Source: Macrostomum hystrix (lineage: Eukaryota; Animalia; Platyhelminthes). From it: 64,000 nt of DNA. The notes beneath the pieces are model-generated. The model was not told where the DNA came from and did not search any database. It worked only from the letters and a program-made list of their open reading frames with translations. This document shows positions 37,001 to 63,050 of the stretch, piece by piece. Within the stretch, counting starts at the first letter, position 1; every line of letters starts with the position of its first letter. The stretch is taken from contig CATNEN010000002.1 in NCBI GenBank assembly GCA_950097015.1, forward strand, positions 2,666,001 to 2,730,000, written 5' to 3'. Made by a program: the position numbers and the translations under genes.

Positions 37001-40000
37001 TTTTCCTCTGTCTTGTTTCCATTTGTCTTATCTCTTCCTGTCCGTCTCTTTCTGTCTGTCTCTTACTGTCTGTCTCTTCCTGTCTTGTCTCTTCCTGTCT
37101 TGTCTCTTCCTGTCCGTCTCTTTCTGTCCACCTCTTCCTGTCTTGTATCTTTCTTTCTTGTCTCTTTCACTCTGTCTCTTCCTGTCTGGTCTCTTTCTGT
37201 CTGCCTCATTCTGTCTTGTCTCTTCCTGTCTTGTCTCTTTCTTTCTTGTCTCTTTCAGTCTGTCTCTTCCTGTCTTGTCTCTTCCTGTCTTGTCTCTTTC
37301 TTTCTTGTCTCTTTCTGTCTGTCTCATTCTGTCTTGTCTCTTCCTGTCTTGTCTCTTTCTTTCTTGTCTCTTTCAGTCTGTCTCATTCTGTCTTGTCTCT
37401 TCCTGTCTTGTCTCTTTCTTTCTTGTCTCTTTCAGTCTGTCTCTTCCTGTCTTGTCTCTTCCTGTCTTGTCTCTTTCTTTCTTGTCTCTTTCTGTCTGTC
37501 TCATTCTGTCTTGTCTCTTCCTGTCTTGTCTCTTTCTGTCCATCTCTTCCTGTCTTGTCTCTTTCTTTCTTGTCTCTTTCTGTCTTGTCTCTTTCTGTCT
37601 TGTCTCTTCCTGTCTTGTCTCTTTCTGTCTTGTCTCTTCCTGTCTTGTCTCTTCCTGTCTTGTCTCTTTCTTTCTTGTCTCTTCCTGTCTTGTCTCTTTC
37701 TGTCTTGTCTCTTCCTGTCTTGTCTCTTTCTGTCTTGTCTCTTCCTGTCTTGTCTCTTCCTGTCTTGTCTCTTTCTGTCCATCTCTTCCTGTCTTGTCTC
37801 TTTCTTTCTTGTCTCTTCCTGTCTTGTCTCTTTCTTTCTTGTCTCTTCCTGTCTTGTCTCTTCCTGTCTTGTCTCTTCCTGTCTTGTCTCTTCCTGTCTT
37901 GTCTCTTTCTGTCCATCTCTTCCTGTCTTGTCTCTTTCTTTCTTGTCTCTTTCTGTCTTGTCTCTTCCTGTCTTGTCTCTTTCTGTCTTGTCTCTTCCTG
38001 TCTTGTCTCTTCCTGTCTTGTCTCTTTCTTTCTTGTCTCTTCCTGTCTTGTCTCTTTCTGTCTTGTCTCTTCCTGTCTTGTCACTTTCTGTCTTGTCTCT
38101 TCCTGTCTTGTCTCTTTCTGTCCATCTCTTCCTGTCTTGTCTCTTTCTTTCTTGTCTCTTCCTGTCTTGTCTCTTTCTTTCTTGTCTCTTTCAGTCTGTC
38201 TCTTCCTGTCTTGTCTCTTCCTGTCTTGTCTCTTTCTGTCTTGTCTCTTTCTGTCTTGTCTCTTCCTGTCTTGTCTCTTTCTGTCTTGTCTCTTTCAGTC
38301 TGTCTCTTCCTGTCTTGTCTCTTCCTGTCTTGTCTCTTTCTTTCTTGTCTCTTTCAGTCTGTCTCTTCCTGTCTTGTCTCTTTCTGTCTTGTCTCTTCCT
38401 GTCTTGTCTCTTTCTGTCCATCTCTTCCTGTCTTGTCTCTTCCTGTCTGTCTCTTCCTGTCTGTCTCTTCCTGTCTGTCTCTTTCTGTCTCTCTTTCTGT
38501 CTGTCTCTTCCTGTCTTGTCTCTTCCTGTCTGTCTCTTCCTGTCCATCTCTTCCTGTCTTGTCTCTTCCTGTCTGTCTCTTCCTGTCCATCTCTTCCTGT
38601 CTGTCTCTTCCTGTCTGTCTCTTCCTGTCTGTCTCTTACTGTCCGTCTCTTTCTGTCCATCTCTTCCTGTCTTGTCTCTTCCTGTCCGTCTCTTTCTGTC
38701 CATCTCTTCCGGTCTTGTCTCTTCCTGTCCGTCTCTTTCTGTCCATCTCTTCCTGTCTGTCTCTTACTGTCCGTCTCTTTCTGTCCGTCTCTTCCTGTCT
38801 TGTCTCTTCCTGTCTGTCTCTTCCTGTCCATCTCTTCCTGTCTTGTCTCTTCCTGTCTGTCTCTTACTGTCCGTCTCTTCCTGTCCATCTCTTCCTGTCT
38901 TGTCTCTTCCTGTCTTCTCTTTCTGTGCTTTCTCCAACTCTGTCCTACCACTCTTCTAATTGCGAATGTGACCAGTCACCCACCCCACCCTCCGGCTCTC
39001 AGCGCGCTCCCCTTGCCGAGTTGCTCTACGTGGCGGACAACCTGGCCTCGTTCCCCTACCAGGTGGCTGAAGAACCACTGTTCCTCATCCACCACCTGGA
39101 CCTGCTGGTCTCCGTAGCCGGCTCCAACGTGCTGACAGCCATCAAGGATTACTTAGGCTTTGCTCCTGGCACCGAACTGCCAGACGGTTGCACGCCCGAG
39201 ATGCTCGCCACCAGGATTCCAGCCAACAGCGGCCCAGTTGAGGACTACCTAATGAGCAGTCGGGGCATTGCTCTGCTCCTGTCGCTCAAGCAGTACTTGA
39301 AGGAGCTCTATGGTATTAGCGACTCCAAGGTGCAAAATTATTCGCCGTCTGATTCGGCCAAGACCTGGGAGAAGCCGCTGAATCGCCGGTCGATACCCGG
39401 CTTCCGGCCACAGCGCTGCCTCGACTATTTGGCTAATGATGGAGTCCGGGCATCCACTGTCAAACTGGCAGCCGACATTCTCGACTTCGAAGATCTCATG
39501 CTGACCATCGATCCGACCGACGCTGCTGCTGGCAGTGGCGACGAAGCCGAGGGCGGTGGCGGTAAGGGCGCCGCTGCCGCCGTCTCGGCTGCCGGCCTGG
39601 TCAGCGGAGACACGGTGTCAGCCAGGCAGCTGCCCTATCACGCGGCTGTGCAGCGGGGCATGGACCTTAAAGTGCAGCTCACTAGGATCGGTGAGTACTG
39701 CAGATTGCGTCCCTTAGCGCCTTCCGCCATCGCCCCCACCCTTTGGTCATTACCTATCCCAGGATCATTGGTTGGTCATTACCTATCTAAGGGTCATTGG
39801 TTGCCTTTGGTCATTACCGATCCCAGGGTCATTGGTTGCTTTTGGTCATTACCGATCCCAGGGTCATTGGTTGCTTTTGGTTATTACCGATCCCAGGGTC
39901 AATAGTTGATTTTGGTCATTACCGATCCCAGGGTCAATAGTTGATTTTGGTCATTACCGATCCCAGGGTCATTAGTTGCTTTTGGTCATTACCGATCCCA

Positions 40001-41370
40001 GGGTCATTAGTTGCTTTTGGTCATTACCGATCCCAGGGTCATTAGTTGCTTTTGGTCATTACCGATCCCAGGGTCATTAGTTGCTTTTGGTCATTACCGA
40101 TCCCAGGGTCATTAGTTGCTTTTGGTCATTACCGATCCCAGGGTCATTAGTTGCTTTTGGTCATTACCTATCCCAGGATCATTGGTTGCTTTTGGTCATT
40201 ACCGATCCCAGGGTCATTAGTTGCTTTTGGTCATTACCGATCCCAGGGTCATTAGTTGCTTTTGGTCATTACCGATCCCAGGGTCATTAGTTGCTTTTGG
40301 TCATTACCGATCCCAGGGTCATTAGTTGCTTTTGGTCATTACCGATCCCAGGGTCATTAGTTGCTTTTGGTCATTACCGATCCCAGGGTCATTGGTTGGT
40401 CATTACCCCTCCATTGACTCCTTATGTAAAGATTATGGTCGTTGAGTGTTTTTTGGTGAATATTACATATATGCTGGTCATTCATTTGTTTTTATTCGCT
40501 TACTATCACTCAGATGACGGTCAAGGAGGTCCCGCCGGTGTCAGCGAGGAGGCTGACGTCTCGGCGGCGGTGGCGGCCGCTCCGGCTGAGGATGATGATG
40601 GAGCAAACAGCGACGCTAGCAGTCAGGTATGTCCAATGCTGACAGCGACTTGCTGACATCCTGTTGGTCACGTCCTGTTGGTTACCTATTTCACTAGCAG
40701 CAATGTCACTTTTACCTATTTCACTAGCAGCAATGTCACTTTTACCTATTTCACTAGCAGCAATGTCACTTTTACCTATTTCACTAGCAGCAATGTCACT
40801 TTTACCTATTTCACTAGCAACAATGTCACTATCAACAATGTCACTAGCAACAATGTAACTTTTACCTATGTCACTAGCAACAATGTCACTTTTACCTATG
40901 TCACTAGTAACAATGTCACTTTTACCTAAGTCACTATCACCAATGTCACTTCTACCTATGTCACTTTTACCTATTTCACTAGCAACAATGTCACTTTTAC
41001 CTATGTCACTATCACCAATGTCACTTCTACCTATGTCACTTTTACCTATTTCACTAGCAACAATGTCACTTTTACCTATGTCACTATCACCAATGTCACT
41101 TCTACCTATGTCACTTTTACCTATTTCACTATCAACAATGTCACTATCAACAATGTCACTATCAACAATGTCACTCTCCCGATTGTCACTAAAAAAGCCG
41201 TTATCCCTGTCCTTCGCCAGGGCCCTCGCATCAAGCTGCCGAAGGCGCGCGTGAAGCGTCGGCCCGCAGCCGCTGGCGGTCGCAATCGGCGCAGGCGGAA
41301 GGTCTCAACCTCCGAGGAGGAGTCCGAGTCCAGCTCCTCCAGCGAAGATTCTGACTCTCTGTCCGATTGA
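23783..41370 (+). CDS. NIPBL: Nipped-B-like cohesin loader (Scc2/NIPBL), 11 exons, about 2303 aa
   Basis: Exons 23783-23843, 23946-25886, 26991-27391, 27757-28542, 30335-30613, 31070-32143, 32827-33831, 35375-35788, 39003-39690, 40514-40626, 41221-41370; all GT-AG and phase-consistent. Recognisable NIPBL motifs: SLAGITSLTDILPELPLP, LLAVNKPEWPAAE, AVRTKAIKCL, ILDTGISVRKRVIKI, LRQGLIHP, LYVADNLASFPYQ..EEPLF. Confidence 0.96.
28622..30228 (+). repeat. 18-bp minisatellite atctacctgtcattct(c/a)c in NIPBL intron 4
   Basis: About 1.6 kb array with an internal duplication of about 479 bp. Confidence 0.97.
30700..30960 (+). repeat. Degenerate ttacctgtcatttcccat repeat in NIPBL intron 5
   Basis: Same acctgtcat core as the intron 4 array. 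Confidence 0.8.
32500..32660 (+). repeat. 20-bp repeat aagtaaagtaacgatatcat in NIPBL intron 6
   Basis: About 7 tandem copies. Confidence 0.9.
33850..35340 (+). repeat. 23-bp minisatellite ggttctattc(a/t)gcca(c/a)ttcttca in NIPBL intron 7
   Basis: About 65 copies filling almost the whole intron. Confidence 0.97.
35792..36340 (+). repeat. 32-bp minisatellite atttatctgcctgtcatctcacctgtccgt(a/t)(t/c) in NIPBL intron 8
   Basis: Starts within a few bp of the donor site. Confidence 0.93.
36985..38925 (+). repeat. Pyrimidine-rich about 15-bp array (tcttgtctctt(c/t)ctg) in NIPBL intron 8
   Basis: About 1.9 kb; source of the long L/S/C/F/V and R/K/D/E/Q pseudo-ORFs. Confidence 0.95.
39742..40405 (+). 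repeat. 35-bp minisatellite ttttggtcattaccgatcccagggtcattagttgc in NIPBL intron 9
   Basis: About 18 copies. Confidence 0.95.
40680..41180 (+). repeat. 30-bp minisatellite tttacctatttcactagcagcaatgtcact and derivatives in NIPBL intron 10
   Basis: Tandem copies degrade into atcaacaatgtcact units. Confidence 0.92.
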
Positions 41371-42039
41371 GACAATGGTGTCCCCTGGAGCTCAGTATTT
41401 GTATCGAATTAGAACTATTGTACTGCTCTTGTTTGATTGTAATGTTTTGTGTCTTGTTAATTGTTACTATTACAATTGTTCTAGTTTTCTAATCCGTTTT
41501 TTGGCAGCGATTTTAAATAACTTTAACTAATTCGTATTTTTTAATAACATATTAACTCAGTAATGGTCAGTAATGCTGTAATATTCAGTTATGTAACTTG
41601 GCCTGTTTTACACATTTTAATAATGAATAGGTTTGCATATTCGTCATTAGTTTATTCTATTGTGTACATAGTCTATATGTGTGTGTGTCAGTTGTTAGAC
41701 GCATCCTGTCATCGTGTCACCGTACATAAAAATATTCTTTGCTAAACTGCTTGTATTAATTGTAAATTGTTTATTCCTAAATTTCATTCTTATTGTCCTT
41801 ACCTTTTTATGCAGATTCATAGTTCCTCACAGTTGAAGACAAAACATTGTAAACTTCGAAGATGGTCTAGCGAGATGCTCCGCTGCTGTTGTTGCTTTTT
41901 TAAACACTGCTTCTTCGCCACTTCGCTTTGTTAATTTCTTACTTTTTCTGTTATTCTTTGTTGTGTGTTTATTTCTAATCGCTTTTCATACTGCTAGTTA
42001 GTTGCATTGTTGGTGTATTAAAGAGCTCATTTTAACTTC

Positions 42040-42930
42040 AGGCTCCCAGATCATTAAATTCAAATAGTCAATCTCCCAGATCCTCAAGTTGGGATTGTCA
42101 ATCTCCCAGATCCTCAAATTAAGATTGTCAATCTCCCAGATCCTCAAGTTGGGATTGTCAATCTCCCAGATCCTCAAATTAAGATTGTCAATCTCCCAGA
42201 TCCTCAAATTGAGATTGTCAATCTCCCAGATCCTAAAGTTAGGATTGTCAATCTCCCAGATCCTCAAATTAAGATTGTCAATCTCCCAGATCCTCAAGTT
42301 GGGATTGTCAATCTCCCAGATCCTCAAATTGAGATTGTCAATCTCCCAGATCCTCAAATTATGATTGTCAATCTCCCAGATCCTCAAATTGTGATTGTCA
42401 ATCTCCCAGATCCTCAAATTAAGATTGTCAATCTCCCAGATCCTCAAATTGTGATTTTCGATCTCCCAGATCCTCAAGTTGGGATTGTCAATCTCCCAGA
42501 TCCTCAAATTAAGATTGTCAATCTCCCAGATCCTCAAATTGTGATTGTCAATCTCCCAGATCCTCAAGTTGGGATTGTCAATCTCCCAGATCCTCAAGTT
42601 AGGATTGTCAATCTCCCAGATCCTCAAATTAAGATTGTCAATCTCCCAGATCCTCAAATTGGGATTGTCAATCTCCCAGATCCTCAAATTGTGATTGTCA
42701 ATCTCCCAGATCCTCAAATTGTGATTGTCAATCTCCCAGATCCTCAAATTAAGATTGTCAATCTCCCAGATCCTCAAATTATGATTGTCAATCTCCCAGA
42801 TCCTCAAATTGTGATTGTCAATCTCCCAGATCCTCAAGTTGGGATTGTCAATCTCCCAGATCCTCAAATTGTGATTGTCAATCTCCCAGATCCTCAAATT
42901 AAGATTTTCAATCTCTCAGATCCTCAAACC
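42040..42930 (+). repeat. 30-bp minisatellite gattgtcaatctcccagatcctcaa(a/g)ttnn, about 29 copies
   Basis: Exact period of 30, downstream of the NIPBL stop. Confidence 0.97.
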
Positions 42931-43664
42931 GAATCTCTAAGGCCCCAGATCCAAAAGTTGATATTCCTAGGCTCCGTGCTCTAGAAGGTGTTGAAATTTT
43001 GAGCTCACAGATTCGCTGTAAGAACTGAGTGTTTGGTGTGTAACAAAAGTTGTTCAATTTGTTTTTAATTTGTTTTCATTTTTATTGTTTAATTTTTTTA
43101 CTCCAACTTTGCTTGTTATTTGCAGGTAGAAAGCTCCGTATAGGATTCTCACACTCTAAATGCTTGTGAATCAACCGGAACACTGATTTCCGATGTACTT
43201 TAAGAAATGGCATAATTGTTTGCATCCAAATTCGCTAGTAACTCTGAATAAATAAATGATGAACATAAAAATATAAAACAGTTGTTAATGCGTATCTCTT
43301 TGTATTTGTTAAATCATCTACCATTTTTAATCTTAAATGTTCCGAGCGACCAGCTTTGAATTCGAGTTTTCAATTAGCAATTGTTTCTTTTTTATCGACA
43401 ATTAATTTTTGGTAAGCTGTACACATGTACACAAATATGACTCATTTTATCACCTCGTCATCTTATTAGCGAGATATTGAATTTTCCGCTTGCTGCTCTC
43501 GTATTATATTCAGTGCCGTATTACATTCATACATTAGGACATTTTAGGCTGAACTAACAAACTGCCAAAAAGTATTCGCAGATTCGAACAAAGGACCATG
43601 CGGATATCTGACTCTCCCAGCTCCATTACTGAACACTCCATAGGAAATTTTGTAAGAAAGGGCA

Positions 43665-45060
43665 ATGACTGACTGGGTGAGTGAGTGAGTGAGTGACTGG
43701 GTGAGTGAGTGAGTGACTAGGTGAGTGAGTGAGTGAGTGAGTGACTGGGTGAGTGAGTGAGTGAGTGAGTGAGTGACTGGGTGAGTGAGTGAGTGACTAG
43801 GTGAGTGAGTGAGTGAGTGAGTGAGTGACTGGGTGAGTGAGTGACTGGGTGAGTGAGTGAGTGACTAGGTGAGTGAGTGAGTGACTGGGTGAGTGAGTGA
43901 GTGACTAGGTGAGTGAGTGAGTGAGTGAGTGACTGGGTGAGTGAGTGAGTGACTAGGTGAGTGAGTGAGTGAGTGAGTGAGTGACTGGGTGAGTGAGTGA
44001 CTGGGTGAGTGAGTGAGTGACTAGGTGAGTGAGTGAGTGAGTGAGTGACTGGGTGAGTGAGTGAGTGACTAGGTGAGTGAGTGAGTGAGTGAGTGACTGG
44101 GTGAGTGAGTGAGTGACTAGGTGAGTGAGTGAGTGACTGGGTGAGTGAGTGAGTGACTGGGTGAGTGAGTGAGTGAGTGACTGGGTGAGTGAGTGACTGG
44201 GTGAGTGAGTGACTGGGTGGGTGAGTGACTAGGTGAGTGAGTGAGTGACTGGGTGGGTGAGTGACTAGGTGAGTGAGTGACTGGGTCAGTGAGTGACTGT
44301 GTGAGTGACTCACTGGGTCAGTGAGTCACTGGGTGAGTGAGTGAGTGGGTGAGTGAGTGGGTGACTGGGTGAGTGAGTGAGTGAGTGACTGGGTGAGTGA
44401 GTGACTGGGTGAGTGAGTGAGTGACTGGGTGAGTGAGTGAGTGACTAGGTGAGTGAGTGAGTGAGTGACTATGTGAGTACGTGAGTGACTAGGTGGGTGA
44501 GTGAGTGAGTGACGGTGAGTGAGTGAGTGACTATGTGAGTACGTGAGTGACTATGTGAGTACGTGAGTGACTAGGTGGGTGGGTGAGTGAGTGACTGGGT
44601 GAGTGAGTGAGTGACTAGGTCAGTGAGCGAGTGACTGGGTGAGTGAGTGAGTGACTAGGTGAGTGAGTGAGTCACTGGGTGAGTGAGTGACTGGGTGAGT
44701 AAGTGAGTGACTAGGTAAGTGAGTGAGTGACTGGGTGAGTGAGTGACTATGTGAGTAAGTGAGTGACTAGGTGGGTGAGTGAGTGACTGGGTGAGTGAGT
44801 GAGTGACTAGGTCAGTGAGCGAGTGACTGGGTGAGTGAGTGAGTGACTAGGTGAGTGAGTGAGTCACTGGGTGAGTGAGTGACTGGGTGAGTAAGTGAGT
44901 GACTAGGTAAGTGAGTGAGTGACTGGGTGAGTGAGTGACTATGTGAGTAAGTGAGTGACTAGGTGGGTGAGTGAGTGACTGGGTGAGTGAGTGAGTGACT
45001 GGGTTAGTGAGAGAGTGACTGACTGGGTGAGTGAGTGACCGTGAGTCAGCGTGTGAGTGC
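43665..45060 (+). repeat. Compound (GAGT)n microsatellite with gact/gggt/aggt variants
   Basis: About 1.4 kb of 4-bp units. Confidence 0.96.
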
Positions 45061-45264
45061 ATTTGTAAGAGAGCGAATGGAAAGTGGGTGAGTGTTTAAG
45101 GAGTGCGTAGGGGGGTTCGCTGAGCTAGTCCACTGAAAATGAATGTCACAGCGCACGCCACAGCCCCCCGCAATTTCGCCCTGTCGGTGCTGGGCGCAGA
45201 GAAAAAAATAATTTTTGGTATCGCCTTTCACCGGCTATTGGGGAAGAGTGAGAAATACCCCGGA

Positions 45265-45270
45265 TATAAA
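45265..45270 (+). promoter_or_regulatory. Possible TATA box upstream of the cadherin gene
   Basis: tataaa about 750 bp upstream of the ATG, with a donor-like tttag|gtgag at about 45586 that could mark a 5' UTR intron. Motif evidence only. Confidence 0.25.
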
Positions 45271-46016
45271 TGGGATCTAAGCTGAGCTGTGCCCAATGGT
45301 CCCATCTCCTCCCTCCGCTCTCCCGACTGCGAATTCGCTCTCAAATCGCCAATCGCTGCCGTTGTGGTACCATATTTTTATTATCGCTGCTCGCTCCCTG
45401 TTGCTAGGATAACATTTATCCTTAGTAACCGCCCCGCCTGTATATTTTACCCTTCATAAGCCTCTGCCCCTGGTCTTGCCTATCGTCAATGCCATTGGGA
45501 TAAGCTTGGTTCATTTATTCGAGACCAGCGCACAGAACAGATTCTGCTCTTTCTTCTGGAGGAAGAAAGGACCCGGTGCTTTTAGGTGAGCCTTACTGAG
45601 TATTCTGCCCTCTGCCTCCGATATTGCATTTGCATTCGCGGCTGAGGTTGGGGGCTGAGTTTCGTGCTCAATTGTCTTCTCGTTGTGACTGCTCTTCGTC
45701 TCTTTAAGTCCTCTTTCATTAGTTTATTCTTCTGTGAGTGTGAGTGCCAGTGTTGAAGAAATTAGTGAGACAAGGGCGTCTGCTATTGCCTATATTAGCG
45801 CTGCAACAACAGGCCCCAAGCCTTACCTTAGAATGAAAGAACTTAGACTCAGATTGAAATACTCAAATCTATGTGTTGCGAACCCGAGTCTAATTTGATT
45901 ATTAACACAACTTTCGCTGTGGGCTGAACTGTCAAACTTGTGACATTTTCTCCTTCTGTTACCGCCTGCGTCAGAATTCGCCTCTGCTTTCGGCTGGAAC
46001 ACCGGTTGAAGCAGCT

Positions 46017-59512
<13,496 letters not shown>

Positions 59513-59911
59513 CATCCCGCCGCAGCAGGCGGCAGTAGTATCAGTCGCATTTTAAGCCCCCTTCGATTCTTCATTGGCAACAAAAAACATTATCAAAACT
59601 TAGATTGCATTAGTGAGTTGAAGAATTTTTAGTTCAGTAATTTCTAATCACTTCAATCACCTATTAATATTTGAATTACTTTGACAACATTACCACCTAG
59701 TGTTCTTCTTAACACCTGGAGTAGCTGTTCTGCATTTGCAATATTGTCAACAAATTTTAATGCTTGATTTGTTATAAACCAGTGACATGTTTTATATAAT
59801 TTAAACTCACATCTCCGTGCTGACGCGTTTTAACAAACAACACAATATTGCTACCCAGAATATATGATGCGAATCTAATTCTACTGATTTAATTCATGAA
59901 CTTTTTTTCAG

Positions 59912-59974
59912 ATCCATCGCCATGACCAACATCCCGCCATCTGGTGCCATCTCAACAGAACCAGCAGTGCCAAA
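59912..59974 (+). CDS. Candidate alternative cadherin cytoplasmic exon
   Basis: ttttttcag|...|gtgagt, 63 nt, phase 2-2, reads SSIAMTNIPPSGAISTEPAVP in frame with exon 58429-58883. Confidence 0.6.
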
Positions 59975-60049
59975 GTGAGTATATTGTGTGCAGCTTCGCT
60001 AAATCAGATGGCCTTTTTATTCCCACTTCGGGATCCATTCGTAAAATTT

Positions 60050-60505
60050 GATCCTCAAATCCTCGCTTTCATATCCTGATCCTCACATCCTAATCTTCAA
60101 ATACTGAGTCTCAAATCCTGATCCTCAAATCCTGATCCTCAAATCCTCGCTCTCAAATCCTGATCCTCGAATCCTGATCCTCGAATCCTGATCCTCAAAT
60201 CTTGGTCCTTCAATCCTGATCCTCAAATCCTGATCCTCAAATTCAAATCTTGAAATCCTGATTCTCAAAAATATTGATCCTCAAATCCTAATCCTCAAAA
60301 ATACTGATCCTCAAATCATGATCCTCAAATCATGATCCTCTAATCCTGATCCATAAATCCAGAGTCTCAAATCCTGAGCCTCGAATCCTGATCCATAAAT
60401 CGAGAGTCTCAAATCCTGATCCTCAGATCATGATCCTAAAATCCTCGCTCTCAAATCCTTATCCTCGAATTCTGGTTCTCAAACCCTGAGCCTTAAATCC
60501 TGGGT
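60050..60505 (+). repeat. Degenerate about 15-bp repeat tcctgatcctcaaa
   Basis: Begins about 75 bp after the 59974 donor. Confidence 0.88.
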
Positions 60506-61519
60506 ATGCACTCTAGTCTTAGATTTTAAGATCGCCAATCAACAGTAAAATGTCTAATCAGATCAATTTTGGGTCATGTCAATGTGAAGCCGAGTAGAAT
60601 CACTCGCTGTCTCCACGGGTGTCTCGCTAATTCATGATATCCGATTCGCGCTGGCTTCCAGACTGAGGCTAACAGTTGTAATGAATGTCTAAGCTGGTAA
60701 TGCGAGTTCCAGGTATTGCCGCCTAATGAGCCGGTGGCTGTTGATATAAAAAATCCTAGGAATCGGGTTTTCTCAACAATGATCAAACGTTAGCAACTTC
60801 ACAATGCTATATTTTCGGCGCACAGATTTTGGGTCGCCAAAGGACTACAGTATATTTATTAGGCTTCCTGGTGCCGTGTTTTTTTAGTGTATTAATTAGT
60901 GAGCCAACATTTTATTCCAGTCTTGACTCTTGAATGAATGGAAGATAATGCAGGTAACACGCAAAAGCATTTATCCCACAGAGTTCTTAGTCTTATAGGG
61001 CAGCAGACACTGTATATTAGCTTCTACTGTGAACTTTGCTTGAGTGTTAAAACTCTAATCTTTCTTTTCTGTCGTAAAACATTGTTTTAACAGCATTTTT
61101 TCCTAAATAGATTTATAAGATTCTATAACAGGGATTCTATGAAACGCTCCAGATACACGCGTAGCTCAGGAGTTCGAGTCTCAGCCCTCGAGGACACAAT
61201 TTATATCTAGCAAAAGTTGTACAATGGGTGCCAAGATCAAACAATGGGCTAGCTAATCGGGTTATAAGCAATTGCTATCAATCCTTCAATCGATTATTTG
61301 ATGTCAGTCTGAAGTTATTTATTGCGCCTCACAATGCCAGATGGCTGCTTGGCTTGCGTGAATTGGAAGTTCTGGAGTTGACAGGTTTGTTAAATTGGTT
61401 TCTGGGCATCATGTTAAGCCCAATTGTTGGTTGTCCGGTGTCTGAAGCCTCTCTAACAACGATTAGGACAACACAAAAGTGACATTTCGCACCTTAGATT
61501 TGTTCCTTCAGTAAACTAG

Positions 61520-61975
61520 CTGAAGTGTGTGTGGCGGCTCCATTGATCCCTCAGTAAACTGAAGTTGGTGTGGCGGCTCCTTTGATCCCTCAGTAAACTG
61601 AAGTTGGTGTGGCGGCTCCTTTGATCCCTCAGTAAACTGAAGTGTGTGTGGCGGCTCCTTTGATCCCTCAGTAAACTGAAGTTGGTGTGGCGGCTCCTTT
61701 GATCCCTCAGTAAACTGAAGTTGGTGTGGCGGCTCCTTTGATCCCTCAGTAAACTGAAGTTGGTGTGGCGGCTCCTTTGATCCCTCAGTAAACTGAAGTG
61801 TGTGTGGCGGCTCCTTTGATCCCTCAGTAAACTGAAGTTGGTGTGGCGGCTCCTTTGATCCCTCAGTAAACTGAAGTGTGTGTGGCGGCTCCTTTGATCC
61901 CTCAGTAAACTGAAGTGTGTGTGGCGGCTCCTTTGATCCCTTAGTAAACTAAGTTGGGTGCGGCGGCTCCTTTGA
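61520..61975 (+). repeat. 39/40-bp minisatellite gtggcggctcctttgatccctcagtaaactgaagt(tggt/gtgt), about 11 copies
   Basis: No spacers; each unit has the tcagt-aa-actga inverted repeat. Confidence 0.95.
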
Positions 61976-62377
61976 TGTTTAAGGAAATTTATGATTAGAG
62001 TGACAATGGTAAAGCTTACTCTATACCAAAGCCTTTCCTTAGAAAGCCTATTAACTATATTTTATGTGAAACGTAATCATACTCGATTGTTGTAAAGAAT
62101 AGTCTAAAAGTAATCTTTGACACTTCAATTTATAATGACATGTATGTCTAATGCTATTTTTGGAGATAAAATTTAACAAGCTTTTAGATAGTTTTACGTA
62201 TTTCATATTTAATTGTCTTAAGTTTTAAAATACGTTTATAATTTGCACATTTAATTGCTATTGGTTTCGAACCAACTACTTAGATATCGTTAGTGCTCAT
62301 TAGCACATTGGCTGTTATGTGAATGAGGTACATTGTTGCATGCTTTGAATCCTTGGATACGATATGGGCTGGAAAGG

Positions 62378-63022
62378 GGTAGAAATTGAGACAGAAGGGG
62401 AGAAATGGAGACAGGAGGGGAGAAATGGAGACAGGAGGGGAGAAATTGAGACAGGAGGGGAGAAATTGAGACAGGAGGGGAGAAAAGGATACAGGAGGGG
62501 AGAAAAGGAGACAGGAGGGGAGAAAAGGATACAGGAGGGGAGAAAAGGAGACAGGAGGGGAGAAAAGGATACAAGAGGGGAGAAAAGGAGACAGGAGGGG
62601 AGAAAAGGATACAGGAGGGGAGAAAAGGATACAGGAGGGGAGAAAAGGAGACAGGAGGGGAGAAAAGGAGACAGGAGGGGAGAAAAGGAGGCAGGAGGGG
62701 AGAAAAGGATACAAGAGGGGAGAAAAGGAGACAGGAGGGGAGAAAAGGAGACAGGAGGGGAGAAAAGGAGACAGGAGGGGAGAAAAGGATACAGGAGGGG
62801 AGAAAAGGAGACAGGAGGGGAGAAAAGGAGACAGGAGGGGAGAAAAGGATACAGGAGGGGAGAAAAGGAGACAGGAGGGGAGAAATAGACACAGGAGGGG
62901 AGAAAAGGAGACAGGAGGGGAGAAAAGGAGACAGCAGGTGAGAAAAGGAGACAGGGGGGAGAAAAGGATACAGGAGGGGAGAAAAGAATACAGGAAGGGA
63001 GAAATAGAGACAGGAGGGGAGA
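62378..63022 (+). repeat. 20-bp purine-rich minisatellite acaggaggggagaaaagga(g/t)
   Basis: About 32 copies. Confidence 0.95.
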
Positions 63023-63050
63023 GTTCAAATTCAGGTAACCTTTTTCCAAG

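Noticed and set aside
36974-38959. Very long ORFs (661, 960, 633 aa) and antisense R/K/D/E/Q ORFs
   Set aside because: Stop-free by composition of a C/T-rich array inside NIPBL intron 8; only 39003-39690 is real coding sequence.
41998-42984. LRIWEIDNHN / IVNLPDPQI 10-aa repeat ORFs
   Set aside because: Open in several frames simply because the unit is 30 bp; no credible start, signal or unique flank. Treated as non-coding, though RNA data could overturn this.
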